From assembly GCA_046725765.1 (NCBI GenBank), contig JBKOZH010000013.1:1-47199 (forward strand): a DNA stretch of 47,199 nt, read 5' to 3'. Numbering within the stretch: the first letter of the stretch is position 1; every line of letters begins with the position of its first letter. The notes under the pieces were generated by a model. It worked only from the letters and a program-made list of their open reading frames with translations, ran no database searches and was not told where the DNA came from. Made by a program: the position numbers and the translations under genes. Positions 16,545 through 25,747 of the stretch are shown in pieces. The DNA comes from Candidatus Methylomirabilota bacterium (GTDB taxonomy: Bacteria; Methylomirabilota; Methylomirabilia; Rokubacteriales; CSP1-6).

Positions 16545-17564
16545 ATGGCCCTCGAGCATCCGTGGAAAGAGCCACCGGCGGCGGCGCAGACGATCGACGT
16601 CGCGCCGGGCGTGCGCTGGCTCCGCATGCCGCTGCCGTTCCAGCTCGACCACATCAACCTGTGGCTGCTCGCGGACGGCGATGGCTGGACGGCGGTCGAC
16701 ACCGGCGTCGCGCTGGCGCCGACGCGCGAGCGCTGGGAGCAGCTCTTCTCGCACGGCCTCGAGGGCAAGCCGATCCGGCGTGTGCTCGTCACGCACTTCC
16801 ATCCCGACCACATCGGCAATGCCTCGTGGCTGACCGAGCGCTGGACGGCCGACCTCTGGTGCACGCAGACCGAATGGCTGGCTGCGGAATACGCGCTGCG
16901 CAGCCGCGACGATGCGGACCTCGACCGGCGCGTCGCGCACTACCGGCGCCACGGCATCGCCGAGGAGCACACGGCGAAGATGCGCGCGCGCGGCAACCAC
17001 TACCCCGGCCTCGTCGGCGGCCTGCCGTTTCATTTCATGCCGATCGCCGACGCCGAGACGGTGACGGTCGACGGCCGGCGCTGGCGCGTGATTACCGCGC
17101 GCGGCCATTCGCCGGAGCACGCGTGTCTGTGGTGTGAAGACCTGCACGTGCTCATCGCCGGCGATCAGGTGCTGCCGAAGATCACGACCAACGTCAGCGT
17201 GTGGCCCGAGCGGCCGCGCGAGAACCCGCTGCGCTACTACCTCGACTCTCTCGCGCGCTTCTTGCGGCTGCCGGCGGACACGCTGGTGCTGCCCTCGCAC
17301 GGTTTGCCCTTCCGCGGGCTGCATCACCGCCTTTCGACGCTGGTGCAGCACCACGACGCGCGTCTGGCCGAAGCCGCCGACGCGCTCATCGAGCCCAAGA
17401 CCGGCGCCGAGCTGATCCCAGTGCTGTTCCGGCGCGAGCTCGACACGCACCAGCTCGGCTTCGCGATCGGCGAGACGCTCGCACACCTGAACTTCCTCGA
17501 GGCCGAGGGCCGCGCGGTGCGCGAGCTCGGCCGCGACGGCGTCGAGCGCTTCCACAAGCCCTGA
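16545..17564 (+). CDS. MBL-fold metallo-hydrolase
   Basis: 339 aa with the THFHPDH metal-binding motif. Confidence 0.85.
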   Translation: MALEHPWKEPPAAAQTIDVAPGVRWLRMPLPFQLDHINLWLLADGDGWTAVDTGVALAPTRERWEQLFSHGLEGKPIRRVLVTHFHPDHIGNASWLTERWTADLWCTQTEWLAAEYALRSRDDADLDRRVAHYRRHGIAEEHTAKMRARGNHYPGLVGGLPFHFMPIADAETVTVDGRRWRVITARGHSPEHACLWCEDLHVLIAGDQVLPKITTNVSVWPERPRENPLRYYLDSLARFLRLPADTLVLPSHGLPFRGLHHRLSTLVQHHDARLAEAADALIEPKTGAELIPVLFRRELDTHQLGFAIGETLAHLNFLEAEGRAVRELGRDGVERFHKP

Positions 17565-17623
17565 GCGGTCGCGGTCCAAAGAACGGGACCCGCACGGAGC
17601 CCGCGTCTCAACGAGGTGTTGAC

Positions 17624-17891
17624 ATGATCAATCTTGAAGGGGTCGTCGCCATCAAGTGGCAAGACGTTCCTGCCAGGGAGATCTCTCCCGGCATTCGAAA
17701 GCGGATCCTTTGGCAGGGGGGCAAATGGCGCCAAGGCGCAGATTCTTGAGATAGATGCGGGTGCGAAATTTACTCGCTTGGACGTCCACACTCCCGGACC
17801 CGAGGAAGTGTTACACAATCCCGCAGGGTCCGCGCATGTGCCTCAGTCAGAGTACGGCTGTGTGCTGTTCGTCTTTTTCCCCGAGGGATGA
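17624..17891 (+). pseudogene. Degraded ChrR-like cupin gene (frameshift in a G6 run, probable internal deletion)
   Basis: Frame A gives MINLEGVVAIKWQDVPAREISPGIRKRILWQG. Frame B continues ANGAKAQILEIDAGAKFTRLDVHTPGPEEVL-HNPAGSAHVPQSEYGCVLFV. The frame switch is at GGGGGG (17716-17721). About 18 aa of the cupin core appear to be missing after EEVL. Confidence 0.5.
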
Positions 17892-17977
17892 AAGACGAGC
17901 GACCGAACCGCGGCGCGTAGCCGATGTTAGGCGCTCGGCAGGAGACTCACGCCGATGCCGCTGGAAGGGGACTGGCA

Positions 17978-18469
17978 ATGCCCGCGAAGGGCGATCTGAA
18001 AGCGCTGATCCACGAGATCTTCACCGAGGAAGCCGCGCACATGGGTCTCGACGAGGCCGTCGCCGACTTTCCGGTGAAGCACATCAACGACAAGGCGCCG
18101 AACGTGCCGTTCAGCTTCTGGCACATCCTCGAGCACATCCGCATCGCACAGACCGACCTGCTCGAGTACGTGGAGAACGCCAAGCATCTCTCCCCCTCAT
18201 GGCCTGACGGTTACTGGCCCGCGCCGAACGCCACAACGGACGCCGCCGGATGGAAGAAAACGATCACGGCGATCAAGAAGGATCTCGACCGGATGGACAC
18301 GATGCTCGCCGATCCGCGCATCGACGTCTTCGCGCCGGTGCCGTTCGCGAACAACAAGTCGGTCGTCCGCTGTGCGTTCGTCGCGATCGACCACAACGCC
18401 TACCACCTCGGAGAGTTCGCGATTCTGCGACAGGTGATGCAGCTCTGGCCGAAGAACCGAAAGGGCTGA
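17978..18469 (+). CDS. DinB-family protein
   Basis: 163 aa from ATG 17978. It has a helical-bundle His pattern (FWHILEHIRIAQ...IDHNAYHLGEF). Confidence 0.8.
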   Translation: MPAKGDLKALIHEIFTEEAAHMGLDEAVADFPVKHINDKAPNVPFSFWHILEHIRIAQTDLLEYVENAKHLSPSWPDGYWPAPNATTDAAGWKKTITAIKKDLDRMDTMLADPRIDVFAPVPFANNKSVVRCAFVAIDHNAYHLGEFAILRQVMQLWPKNRKG

Positions 18470-18820
18470 GCGAGTCGCAGACCTCCCGCAGGTCGGTGGC
18501 ATTACGCGTGCATTACAAACGGACGACGACGCTGAGCACCGTGGGTACCGCCGGCAACGGCGGCTGACGGAAAAGGCGGCGTTACAGCGGGCGGGGCCAC
18601 GTACCACTCGGGCCTGGGTGAAAACCCAAGGAATCCGGGGTCGACGCCCCGCCCGTTGGCTTTTCAACGTCTACGAATCCGCAGCGCCCTGAGCTTCGGC
18701 GTTGGTCGTTTCCCGATTTCGGGGAGTCCAACCCGCCAATTTCAAGTAGCTCTTACGCACGGCGAGGCCAACTGGGGCCTGACCGCGGCCGCGCGGCAGG
18801 CCGACCGCCACTCCCGACGG

Positions 18821-18857
18821 TTGACAGAACCAACTTGATTAGTTGACTATTGTCAAC
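18821..18857 (+). promoter_or_regulatory. Sigma-70-type promoter with overlapping palindromic operator upstream of the MarR-GNAT gene
   Basis: TTGACA (18821-18826), an 18-nt spacer, then GACTAT (18845-18850). A perfect inverted repeat GTTGAC-TATT-GTCAAC (18842-18857) lies 17 nt before ATG 18874. A third GTTGAC copy is at 18820. Confidence 0.4.
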
Positions 18858-18873
18858 CATCTCGGGAGGGTCC

Positions 18874-19797
18874 ATGGCGAAGGCCGAGCTCGAGCGGCGC
18901 GTGTCCGCGGTGCGGCGGTTCAACCGCTTCTACACGTCCAAGATCGGCGTGCTGCAGTATCTCGGCGGCGATTTCTCGCTGGGCGAGGTGCGCGTGCTCT
19001 ACGAGCTCGCCCATCGCGCGGATCCGCCGACGGCCACCGAGCTCTGCCGCGAGCTCCGCGTCGACGCCGGCTACCTGAGCCGCCTGCTGCGCGGCTTCGA
19101 GCGCCGCCGGCTGATCACGCGCACCCGATCGGAGGCCGACGGCCGCCGCAGTCACCTGGCACTCACCGCGGCCGGCCGCGCAGCGTTCGCGCCGCTGGGC
19201 GCGCGCTCGCACGACGAGATCGTCGCCCTGCTCGCACCGCTCGGCGACGCCGATCAGCATCGGCTGGTCGAAGCGATGGACACCATCGAAGGCATCCTCG
19301 GCGGCGCGGACCGCACGCCGCCGTTCATGCTGCGCCCCCACCGTCCCGGCGACATGGGCTGGGTCGTTCAGCGACACGGCGCGGTCTACGCGGAGGAATT
19401 TGGCTGGGACGAGCGCTTCGAGGCGCTGGTGGCGGGGATCGTCGCGCGGTTCATCGAGCGCTACGATCCCAAACGCGAGCGCTGCTGGATCGCCGAGAAG
19501 GACGGCGAGCGGATCGGCTCGGTCTTCCTCGTGCGGCGCACGGCCACGACGGCGCAGCTGCGCCTGCTCCTCGTCGAGCCCAAGGCACGCGGGCTCGGCG
19601 TGGGCACGCGGCTGGTCGCGGAGTGCGAGCGGTTCGCACGCGAGGCTGGCTATCGCACGATCGTGCTCTGGACCAACAGCGTGCTGGCCGGCGCCCGCCG
19701 CATCTACGAAGCCGCGGGGTATCGCCTCACGCGCAAGGAGCGCCACACGAGCTTCGGCCACGACCTCGTGGGCGAGACCTGGAAGAAAAAGCTCTGA
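18874..19797 (+). CDS. Bifunctional MarR-family HTH regulator / GNAT N-acetyltransferase
   Basis: 307 aa. GGGAGGG SD. The N-terminus is a MarR winged helix (LGEVRVLYELA...TELCRELRVDAGYLSRLLRGFERRRLI). The C-terminus is a GNAT fold (LLLVEPKARGLGVGTRLV). Confidence 0.85.
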   Translation: MAKAELERRVSAVRRFNRFYTSKIGVLQYLGGDFSLGEVRVLYELAHRADPPTATELCRELRVDAGYLSRLLRGFERRRLITRTRSEADGRRSHLALTAAGRAAFAPLGARSHDEIVALLAPLGDADQHRLVEAMDTIEGILGGADRTPPFMLRPHRPGDMGWVVQRHGAVYAEEFGWDERFEALVAGIVARFIERYDPKRERCWIAEKDGERIGSVFLVRRTATTAQLRLLLVEPKARGLGVGTRLVAECERFAREAGYRTIVLWTNSVLAGARRIYEAAGYRLTRKERHTSFGHDLVGETWKKKL

Positions 19798-20675
19798 CGC
19801 GGCGGGCGCTCGCGACGGCGGCCGCCGCGGCCACGGGTGTGCAGGTCGGCTTGGCCATGGTCGCCACACGGTTCGTCGTGGATCAGACGGGTCCGGTGTC
19901 GCTGGCGCTGCTCCGTTACACGATCGGCGTGCTGATCCTGCTGCCGGCCGTGCTCGCCGCCGGGCGACCACGCCTCGCCGCGCGCGATATCACACCGATC
20001 GCGCTGCTCGGTGTCGTGCAGTTCGGCGTCCTGATCGCGCTCCTGAACTACGGCCTGCGCTTTATTCCATCCGCGCGCGCGGCGCTGATCTTCGCCACGG
20101 TCCCGCTGCTCACCATGGTGCTCGCCGCGCGGCTCGGTCACGAGCGCATTGGGGCCGTGAAGAGCGCCGGCGTGCTGCTGACCCTTGCCGGTGTCGCGCT
20201 CGCGCTGGGTGAGAAGGCCTGGCGCCAGGTCGATGACCCGCACGGCTGGCTCGGCGAAGCCGCGGTCTTCGGCGCCGCGCTCAGCGCCGCGGTCTGCAGC
20301 GTGCTCTATCGTCCGTACCTGCGCCGCTATCCCACGCTGCCGGTGAGCGCCCTCGCGATGCTGGCCTCCGTCATCTTTCTCGCCGTGCTGGCCATCGGCG
20401 AGGGGTTTTTCGCGGACTGGCCGCGATTCACCGGCGGCGGCTGGGCCGCCGTCGTCTTCATCGGCGTGAGCAGCGGCGTCGGCTACGTGCTCTGGCTTTG
20501 GGCGCTCGGCAACGCGCCGGCCACAGACGTGACGGTTTTTCTGGCTCTGAGTCCGTTCACCGCCGCGCTGCTCGGCGCGCTGGTGCTGGCCGAGTCGATC
20601 ACGCTGCCGGCGGTCGGCGGGCTCGTGTGTGTCGCGCTCGGCTTGTGGCTCGCGCATCGGCGAGCGCCGGGATAG
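19794..20675 (+). CDS. EamA/DMT-family transporter; the start is uncertain (apparent CTG start overlapping the upstream TGA)
   Basis: About 10 predicted TM helices with the two-EamA-repeat pattern. No in-frame ATG/GTG/TTG lies upstream of the first TM helix. The next canonical start (GTG 19839) would truncate TM1. Confidence 0.75.
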   Translation: MTRRALATAAAAATGVQVGLAMVATRFVVDQTGPVSLALLRYTIGVLILLPAVLAAGRPRLAARDITPIALLGVVQFGVLIALLNYGLRFIPSARAALIFATVPLLTMVLAARLGHERIGAVKSAGVLLTLAGVALALGEKAWRQVDDPHGWLGEAAVFGAALSAAVCSVLYRPYLRRYPTLPVSALAMLASVIFLAVLAIGEGFFADWPRFTGGGWAAVVFIGVSSGVGYVLWLWALGNAPATDVTVFLALSPFTAALLGALVLAESITLPAVGGLVCVALGLWLAHRRAPG

Positions 20676-20678
20676 GAT
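20673..20678 (+). promoter_or_regulatory. -10-like hexamer TAGGAT, 7 nt upstream of ATG 20686; it includes the upstream TAG stop
   Basis: TAnnnT at leaderless spacing, with no SD. Confidence 0.35.
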
Positions 20679-20685
20679 CGCGGCC

Positions 20686-21129
20686 ATGGAGCCGCTCGTC
20701 ACCTACCTTCACTACCTCGCCATCGTGCTGCTCGCGGGCTTCCTCGTTGCCGAGATGGCGGTGTGCCGGCCGTCGCTGGCGGCCGAACAGGTACGGCTGC
20801 TGCCGCGGCTCGACATCTTCTTCTTCGCCGGCGCGCTGCTGGCGCTGGCGACGGGGCTGCTTCGGTTGTTCTTCTACGCCAAGGGCGTCGGCTTTTACCT
20901 CCCCAACCCGTTTTTCCTGGCGAAGATGGCGCTCTACATTGCGATCGCGACGCTGTCGATCAAGCCGACGATGGCGTTCATACGCTGGCGGCGGACCCTG
21001 CTCGAGTCGGGCGCGCTGCCGCCGGCCGCGGAGATCGCGGCAGCGCGCCGGCTGATCCACGTCGAAGTCGTGCTGCTGGCGCTGATGCCGCTGATGGCCG
21101 TGCTGATGGCGCGCGGGATCGGCCGGTGA
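20686..21129 (+). CDS. Small integral membrane protein (DUF2214-like)
   Basis: 147 aa with four predicted TM helices. The family assignment is from memory only. Confidence 0.6.
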   Translation: MEPLVTYLHYLAIVLLAGFLVAEMAVCRPSLAAEQVRLLPRLDIFFFAGALLALATGLLRLFFYAKGVGFYLPNPFFLAKMALYIAIATLSIKPTMAFIRWRRTLLESGALPPAAEIAAARRLIHVEVVLLALMPLMAVLMARGIGR

Positions 21130-21136
21130 AAGGCGC

Positions 21137-22425
21137 TTAGAGCGCCGCCGTCCGAAAGCCGGCGAAGATGTTCCGTCGCTGAGCCTTGAAGAAGTTGCGC
21201 CACGTGGCGCGAATCAATCGCGAGCGCGTCGTCCAGCCGCCTTTGAGCACCTTCTTCTGACCAAAATGCGGCTCCGAATACTCCTTGTACGGGTCGCACA
21301 CGAAGCCCGGATACGGTTTGAACGTGTCCGCCACCCACTCCCACACGTTGCCGATCATCTGCCGACAGCCGACTGGACTGTCACCGGCCGCCAGCGCGCG
21401 CACGTCGAGCGTTCCACCGGCGTGGTAGTCGAGATTGGCACACTCGGGCGTGGGGAACGCATCGCCCCACGGGAACCGACGTTTGCATCGCGTGACGGGA
21501 TCGAGCGTGGCCGCCATCTCCCACTCGGCCTCCGTCGGCAGCCTGCGGCCCGCCCAGCGACAGAACGCCTCGGCCTCGTACCAGTTGACGTGGACGACGG
21601 GATGCCACGGCTCGAGCGGCACGAGCATCTCGAACCGTCGCTCGAACCACCGCCCCTCGTGGCATTGCCAGAAGAGCGGATGCTCGGCGCGCTGGCGGCG
21701 GCGCCAGTCCCAGCCGCGCCGGCCCCAGCACTCGCGGCGGCGATAGCCGCTGTCGTCGCCGCGATGCGGAACGGCGCGACCTCGACCGGATGCGCCCATT
21801 TTTCGTTGTCGAAGACGAACGGCTCGTCGGGATCGGCGCCGAGCATGAACGTCCCTCCCGGCACCGACACGTCATGAAGGCGAAAATCGGCGGCAACGTC
21901 CGACGCTGTGCATCGCCGACGCAGCCCCGCTGGCCGCGCATACCCGAGCGTTTGGAGGATAGCCGTGAGATTTTCGGCGTGCATGCCCTCGTGCTGAGCA
22001 GTCAGCGTATAGAAGTACGCGTCGGCCGCGGTCGGCTCGCGCGACCCGAGCCGCGTCACGCTCCGTTCCAAAACGTCCGTGATGTACTTCAGCGTCTCCG
22101 TGCGCGTCGGAAAGCGCAGCTCCCAGCGCTGTCTATAGGGGACGCAGAACGAGTCGTAGAGCTCGTCGGACCCGCGCAGCAGCGTGTCGACGCCGTCGAG
22201 CCGGCGTAGGAGCCAGTACTCCTGGAACCACCCGACGTGACCCATCTCCCAGATCGGTGGCTCGAGGAAGTGCCCGGCGGTGCCGAGCATCTCGGGATCG
22301 CTGAGACCCTCGAGCAGCGCGAGCTCGACGTGGCGGGCATCGAGCAGCGGCTCGAGTAAATCCTTTGATGTGCTGAGCGCCGCGGTGCGCATAGCCGTAT
22401 GCAACGCACTGTAGCGGCGTGGCAT
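21137..22425 (-). pseudogene. EgtB/OvoA-like sulfoxide-synthase paralog (DinB_2 + FGE-sulfatase domains), disrupted by a frameshifting internal deletion
   Basis: The N-terminal frame carries IWEMGHVGWFQEYW and QHEGMHAE (HxxxHxE). The C-terminal frame carries GYRRRECW...[25 protein letters not shown]...NVWEWV...RNFF. The frames switch near 21750-21765. About 13 codons that are present in the intact egtB copy ([13 protein letters not shown]) are missing here. Confidence 0.65.
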
Positions 22426-22490
22426 CGCCCCGCAAGCTCCGATAGCCCGGATTGCGCTCTGCCTATACGACGCCGATCGATACTCCGATG

Positions 22491-24446
22491 TCAGTCGCGA
22501 AGCGCGGCCACGATCGCGTCGACGTCATAGACGCAGCCGCCCCACGTCCCGCCGCCGGCCTGCTGCAGCGCGGCCCACAGCCGCGTGTCGTCCGCGATCT
22601 CCGGATCGGGCGACAGATCCGGTTGCGGCGCGCGTGCGGCGAGCACTCGCGCGCCCTCCTCGGGAGAGAACGTTCGGCCGCTCTCGCCGACGAGGTCGAT
22701 CGACCCCTCGAGCCGATGCCGATCGATCACGATGCGGATGCTGTCGCCGTCGCGCACCCGGCCGATCGGTCCACCCGCGAGGGCTTCGGGCCCGACGTGC
22801 CCAATGCAGGCGCCAGTCGAGACACCGGAGAAGCGCGCGTCGGTGATCACGGCCACGTGCTTGCCGAACGAGAGGTGCTTCAGCGCGGCCGTGATCTGGT
22901 AGATCTCCTCCATCCCCGCGCCGAGCGGGCCGCGACCGATCAACACCAGCACGTCGCCGGGCTTGATGCCGCCTGAACCAGGATTCTTGATCGCCGCGAT
23001 CGCGTCCTTCTCGCGGACGAACACGCGCGCCGGCCCGGTCTTTCGGTAGACGCCGTCGGCATCGACGACCGACGGATCGATCGCCGTCGATTTGATCACC
23101 GAACCCTCGGGCGCGAGGTTGCCGCGCGGGAACGTCACCGTGCTCGTCAACCCGCGGGCGCGCGCGCGATCGGGGTCCATGATGACGTCCTCGGGTGCGA
23201 CGCCGTCAGCGCGCCGCAGCTGCTCGCGCAGCACGCGACGGCGCTCGCTGCCCTCCCACCAGTCGAGCACGCGGCCGAGCGTTTCGCCGCTGGCGGTGAG
23301 CGCTCCTTCTTCGAGCAGGCCGAGGCGGCGCAGGTGCAGCATCACCTCCGGCACGCCGCCGGCGAGGAACGCGCGCACGGTCGGGTGCGGACCGTTCGGC
23401 AGCGTGTCGACCAGCCGCGGCACGCGGCGGTTGACCGCGATCCAGTCCTCGACGCTCGGCCGGCGCAGGCCTGCCGCGTGCGCGATGGCGGGCGTGTGCA
23501 GCAGCAGATTCGTCGAGCCGCCGAATGCGGCGTGCACGACCATGGCGTTGCGGATCGCCGCGTCGGTGACGATCGCCGACGCGGTGATACCGCGCGCGGC
23601 GAGACTCACGAGCGCGCGCGCGGAGCGCCGCGCCATGTCCGTCCAGATCGGCTGGCCCGACGGCGCCAGCGCCGAGTGCGGCAGCGACAAGCCGAGCGCC
23701 TCGCCGACCACCTGCGACGTCGCGGCGGTGCCGAGGAACTGACAACCGCCGCCCGGCGAGCCGCACGCGCGGCAGCCGAGGTCCTGCGCCTGCTCCAGCG
23801 TCAGCTCGCCATGGGCGAAGCGCGCACCGATGGACTGGACCTTGCCCGCGTCCTCGCCGTCGATCGGCGGCAGCGTCACGCCGCCCGGCACCAGCACGAC
23901 GGGCAGCGCGCGCATCGAGGCGAGCGTCATCATCATCGCGGGGAGGCCCTTGTCGCACGTCGCGATGCCGAGCACGCCCTTGCGCGTGGGCAGCGAGCGC
24001 ACGAGACGGCGCAGCACCATCGCCGCGTCGTTGCGATAGGCCAGGCTGTCCATCATCCCGACGGTTCCCTGCGTACGTCCATCGCACGGGTCCGAGCAGA
24101 ACGCGGCGAACGGCAGGCACTCCTGCGCGGCGAGCTCCTCGGCGGCTGCTTGCATGAGCAGGCCGATCTCCCAGTGTCCGGTGTGATAGCCGAGGGCGAT
24201 CGGACGGCCGTCCGCGGCGCGGATGCCGCCATTGGTACCAAGCATCAGGAACTGGGGCCGGCCGAGCTCGCGCGGATCCCACCCCATGCCCGCGTTCTGC
24301 GTGAGGCCGAAGACGTCGCCGCTCGGTCGCTCGAGCAGCATCTCCGCGGTGAGCGGCAGCCGCCCCGCCGGCCCGGAGCCGGCCGTGCGGACTTCGAATG
24401 TCGTGCGATCGGATTCGACGAGCGTCTGGAAGCCTGTTGCTTTCAT
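22491..24446 (-). CDS. YjhG/YagF-type D-xylonate (pentonate) dehydratase, IlvD/Edd family
   Basis: 651 aa and collinear with E. coli YjhG/YagF as I remember it ([15 protein letters not shown]...NAGMGW; [11 protein letters not shown]; GGCQFLGTA; [15 protein letters not shown]; [27 protein letters not shown]; GGTW.GC.YDV). Confidence 0.9.
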   Translation of the reverse strand: MKATGFQTLVESDRTTFEVRTAGSGPAGRLPLTAEMLLERPSGDVFGLTQNAGMGWDPRELGRPQFLMLGTNGGIRAADGRPIALGYHTGHWEIGLLMQAAAEELAAQECLPFAAFCSDPCDGRTQGTVGMMDSLAYRNDAAMVLRRLVRSLPTRKGVLGIATCDKGLPAMMMTLASMRALPVVLVPGGVTLPPIDGEDAGKVQSIGARFAHGELTLEQAQDLGCRACGSPGGGCQFLGTAATSQVVGEALGLSLPHSALAPSGQPIWTDMARRSARALVSLAARGITASAIVTDAAIRNAMVVHAAFGGSTNLLLHTPAIAHAAGLRRPSVEDWIAVNRRVPRLVDTLPNGPHPTVRAFLAGGVPEVMLHLRRLGLLEEGALTASGETLGRVLDWWEGSERRRVLREQLRRADGVAPEDVIMDPDRARARGLTSTVTFPRGNLAPEGSVIKSTAIDPSVVDADGVYRKTGPARVFVREKDAIAAIKNPGSGGIKPGDVLVLIGRGPLGAGMEEIYQITAALKHLSFGKHVAVITDARFSGVSTGACIGHVGPEALAGGPIGRVRDGDSIRIVIDRHRLEGSIDLVGESGRTFSPEEGARVLAARAPQPDLSPDPEIADDTRLWAALQQAGGGTWGGCVYDVDAIVAALRD

Positions 24447-24508
24447 GGCCGCGAGGGTACCACCGCGGCGCCGGTCGCTGGCGCGACCGTTGCAAATCCG
24501 CCCTGCGG

Positions 24509-25747
24509 ATGCGCGAGGATTCCAGCCTGCTCGAACACTACCTGGACGTTAGGCGAGCTACCGAGCGGCTCTGCGAGCCGCTCGCGGTGGAAGACTACTG
24601 CGTGCAGGCCATGCCCGACGCGAGTCCGGCCAAGTGGCACCTCGCGCATGTGTCCTGGTTCTTCGAGACGTTCGTGCTGCGCGCGCGCGCAGCCGACTAC
24701 CGCCCACTCGACCCGCGTTACGCGGTGCTGTTCAACTCGTACTACAACGGCGTCGGGCCGCAGTTCGAGCGTCCCGCGCGCGGCACGCTCTCGCGGCCGA
24801 CCGTCGCGGACGTGTTCGCGTATCGCGCGCACGTCGACAAGGCCATGATGGCGGTGCTGGAGGACGGGAACGGTGTCGTCACCGTCGGGCCGGTGATCGA
24901 GCTCGGGCTGCATCACGAGCAGCAGCACCAGGAGCTGCTCGTGACCGATCTCAAGTACAACCTCGGCGCCAATCCGCTGCGCCCGGCGTATCGCACGCTC
25001 GCGCGGCCCCGCCGCGCGGCGGCGCCGCACACGTTCGTGGACTTCGAGGGCGGGGTCGTCGAGATCGGCCACGGAAGTGCCGACTTCGCGTTCGACAACG
25101 AGCGGCCGCGGCACCGCGTGGCGCTGGCACCCTACACGCTCGGCTCGCGGCTGATCACGAACGCGGAGTATCTGGAATTCGTCGAGGCCGGCGGTTATCG
25201 GCGGCCGGATCTCTGGCTGTCGGACGGCTGGCGCACCGTGCGCGAGCGCGACTGGCGCGCGCCGCTCTACTGGGAGCGCGTGGACGGCGCATGGCACGCA
25301 TACACGCTCGGCGGCGTCGCGCCGCTCGAGGCCCAGGCACCGGTCGCGCACGTCAGCTACTACGAAGCCGACGCGTACGCGCGTTGGCGGCACGCACGGC
25401 TGCCGACGGAGGCGGAGTGGGAGCATGCCGCCGCCGGCCAGCCCGTCGATGGCAACCTGCTCGACGACGCTGCCGACGACCCGCAGCCGCCAACGCACAC
25501 CGGTCTCGCGCAGCTCTTCGGCGACGTGTGGGAGTGGACGGCCAGCGCGTACCTGCCGTACCCTGGCTTCCGCCCGCTGGCCGGCTCGCTCGGCGAGTAC
25601 AACGGGAAATTCATGGTCAACCAGATGGTTCTTCGCGGCGGCTCGTGCGCAACGCCGCGCTCGCACATTCGCGCGAGCTACCGCAACTTCTTCCCGCCCG
25701 ACGCGCGCTGGCAGTTCTCGGGCATTCGCCTCGCGCGAGACCTGTGA
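24509..25747 (+). CDS. egtB: Ergothioneine biosynthesis sulfoxide synthase EgtB (hercynine oxygenase)
   Basis: 412 aa from ATG 24509. DinB_2 domain: [17 protein letters not shown] and [11 protein letters not shown]-sulfatase domain: [38 protein letters not shown]. Confidence 0.85.
   Translation: MREDSSLLEHYLDVRRATERLCEPLAVEDYCVQAMPDASPAKWHLAHVSWFFETFVLRARAADYRPLDPRYAVLFNSYYNGVGPQFERPARGTLSRPTVADVFAYRAHVDKAMMAVLEDGNGVVTVGPVIELGLHHEQQHQELLVTDLKYNLGANPLRPAYRTLARPRRAAAPHTFVDFEGGVVEIGHGSADFAFDNERPRHRVALAPYTLGSRLITNAEYLEFVEAGGYRRPDLWLSDGWRTVRERDWRAPLYWERVDGAWHAYTLGGVAPLEAQAPVAHVSYYEADAYARWRHARLPTEAEWEHAAAGQPVDGNLLDDAADDPQPPTHTGLAQLFGDVWEWTASAYLPYPGFRPLAGSLGEYNGKFMVNQMVLRGGSCATPRSHIRASYRNFFPPDARWQFSGIRLARDL

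Noticed and set aside
17716-17721. Programmed frameshift or phase variation at the G6 run in the cupin gene.
   Set aside because: The gene also appears to lack about 18 core residues, and it sits in a compositionally atypical, decaying stretch. A pseudogene or sequencing error is more parsimonious.
18595-18740. Possible cobalamin riboswitch (GGTGAAAACCC and CCCGCCCGTTG resemble GGUGAAAAUCC / CCCGCCACUG; AGTCCAACCCGCC is vaguely B12-box-like).
   Set aside because: The GGGAA element and a proper B12 box (AGYCMGGAGACCKGCC) are absent. The order and spacing do not fit well. The downstream gene (MarR-GNAT) has no B12 link. A covariance-model scan is needed before any call.
18470-18870. tRNA, tmRNA, SRP RNA or RNase P RNA in the long spacer.
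   Set aside because: There is no T-loop (GTTCRANYC) with an acceptor arm, no tmRNA tag ORF or tRNA-like 3' end, no SRP domain-IV motif (GGAAGCAGCC) and no RNase P GAGGAAAGUCC motif on either strand.
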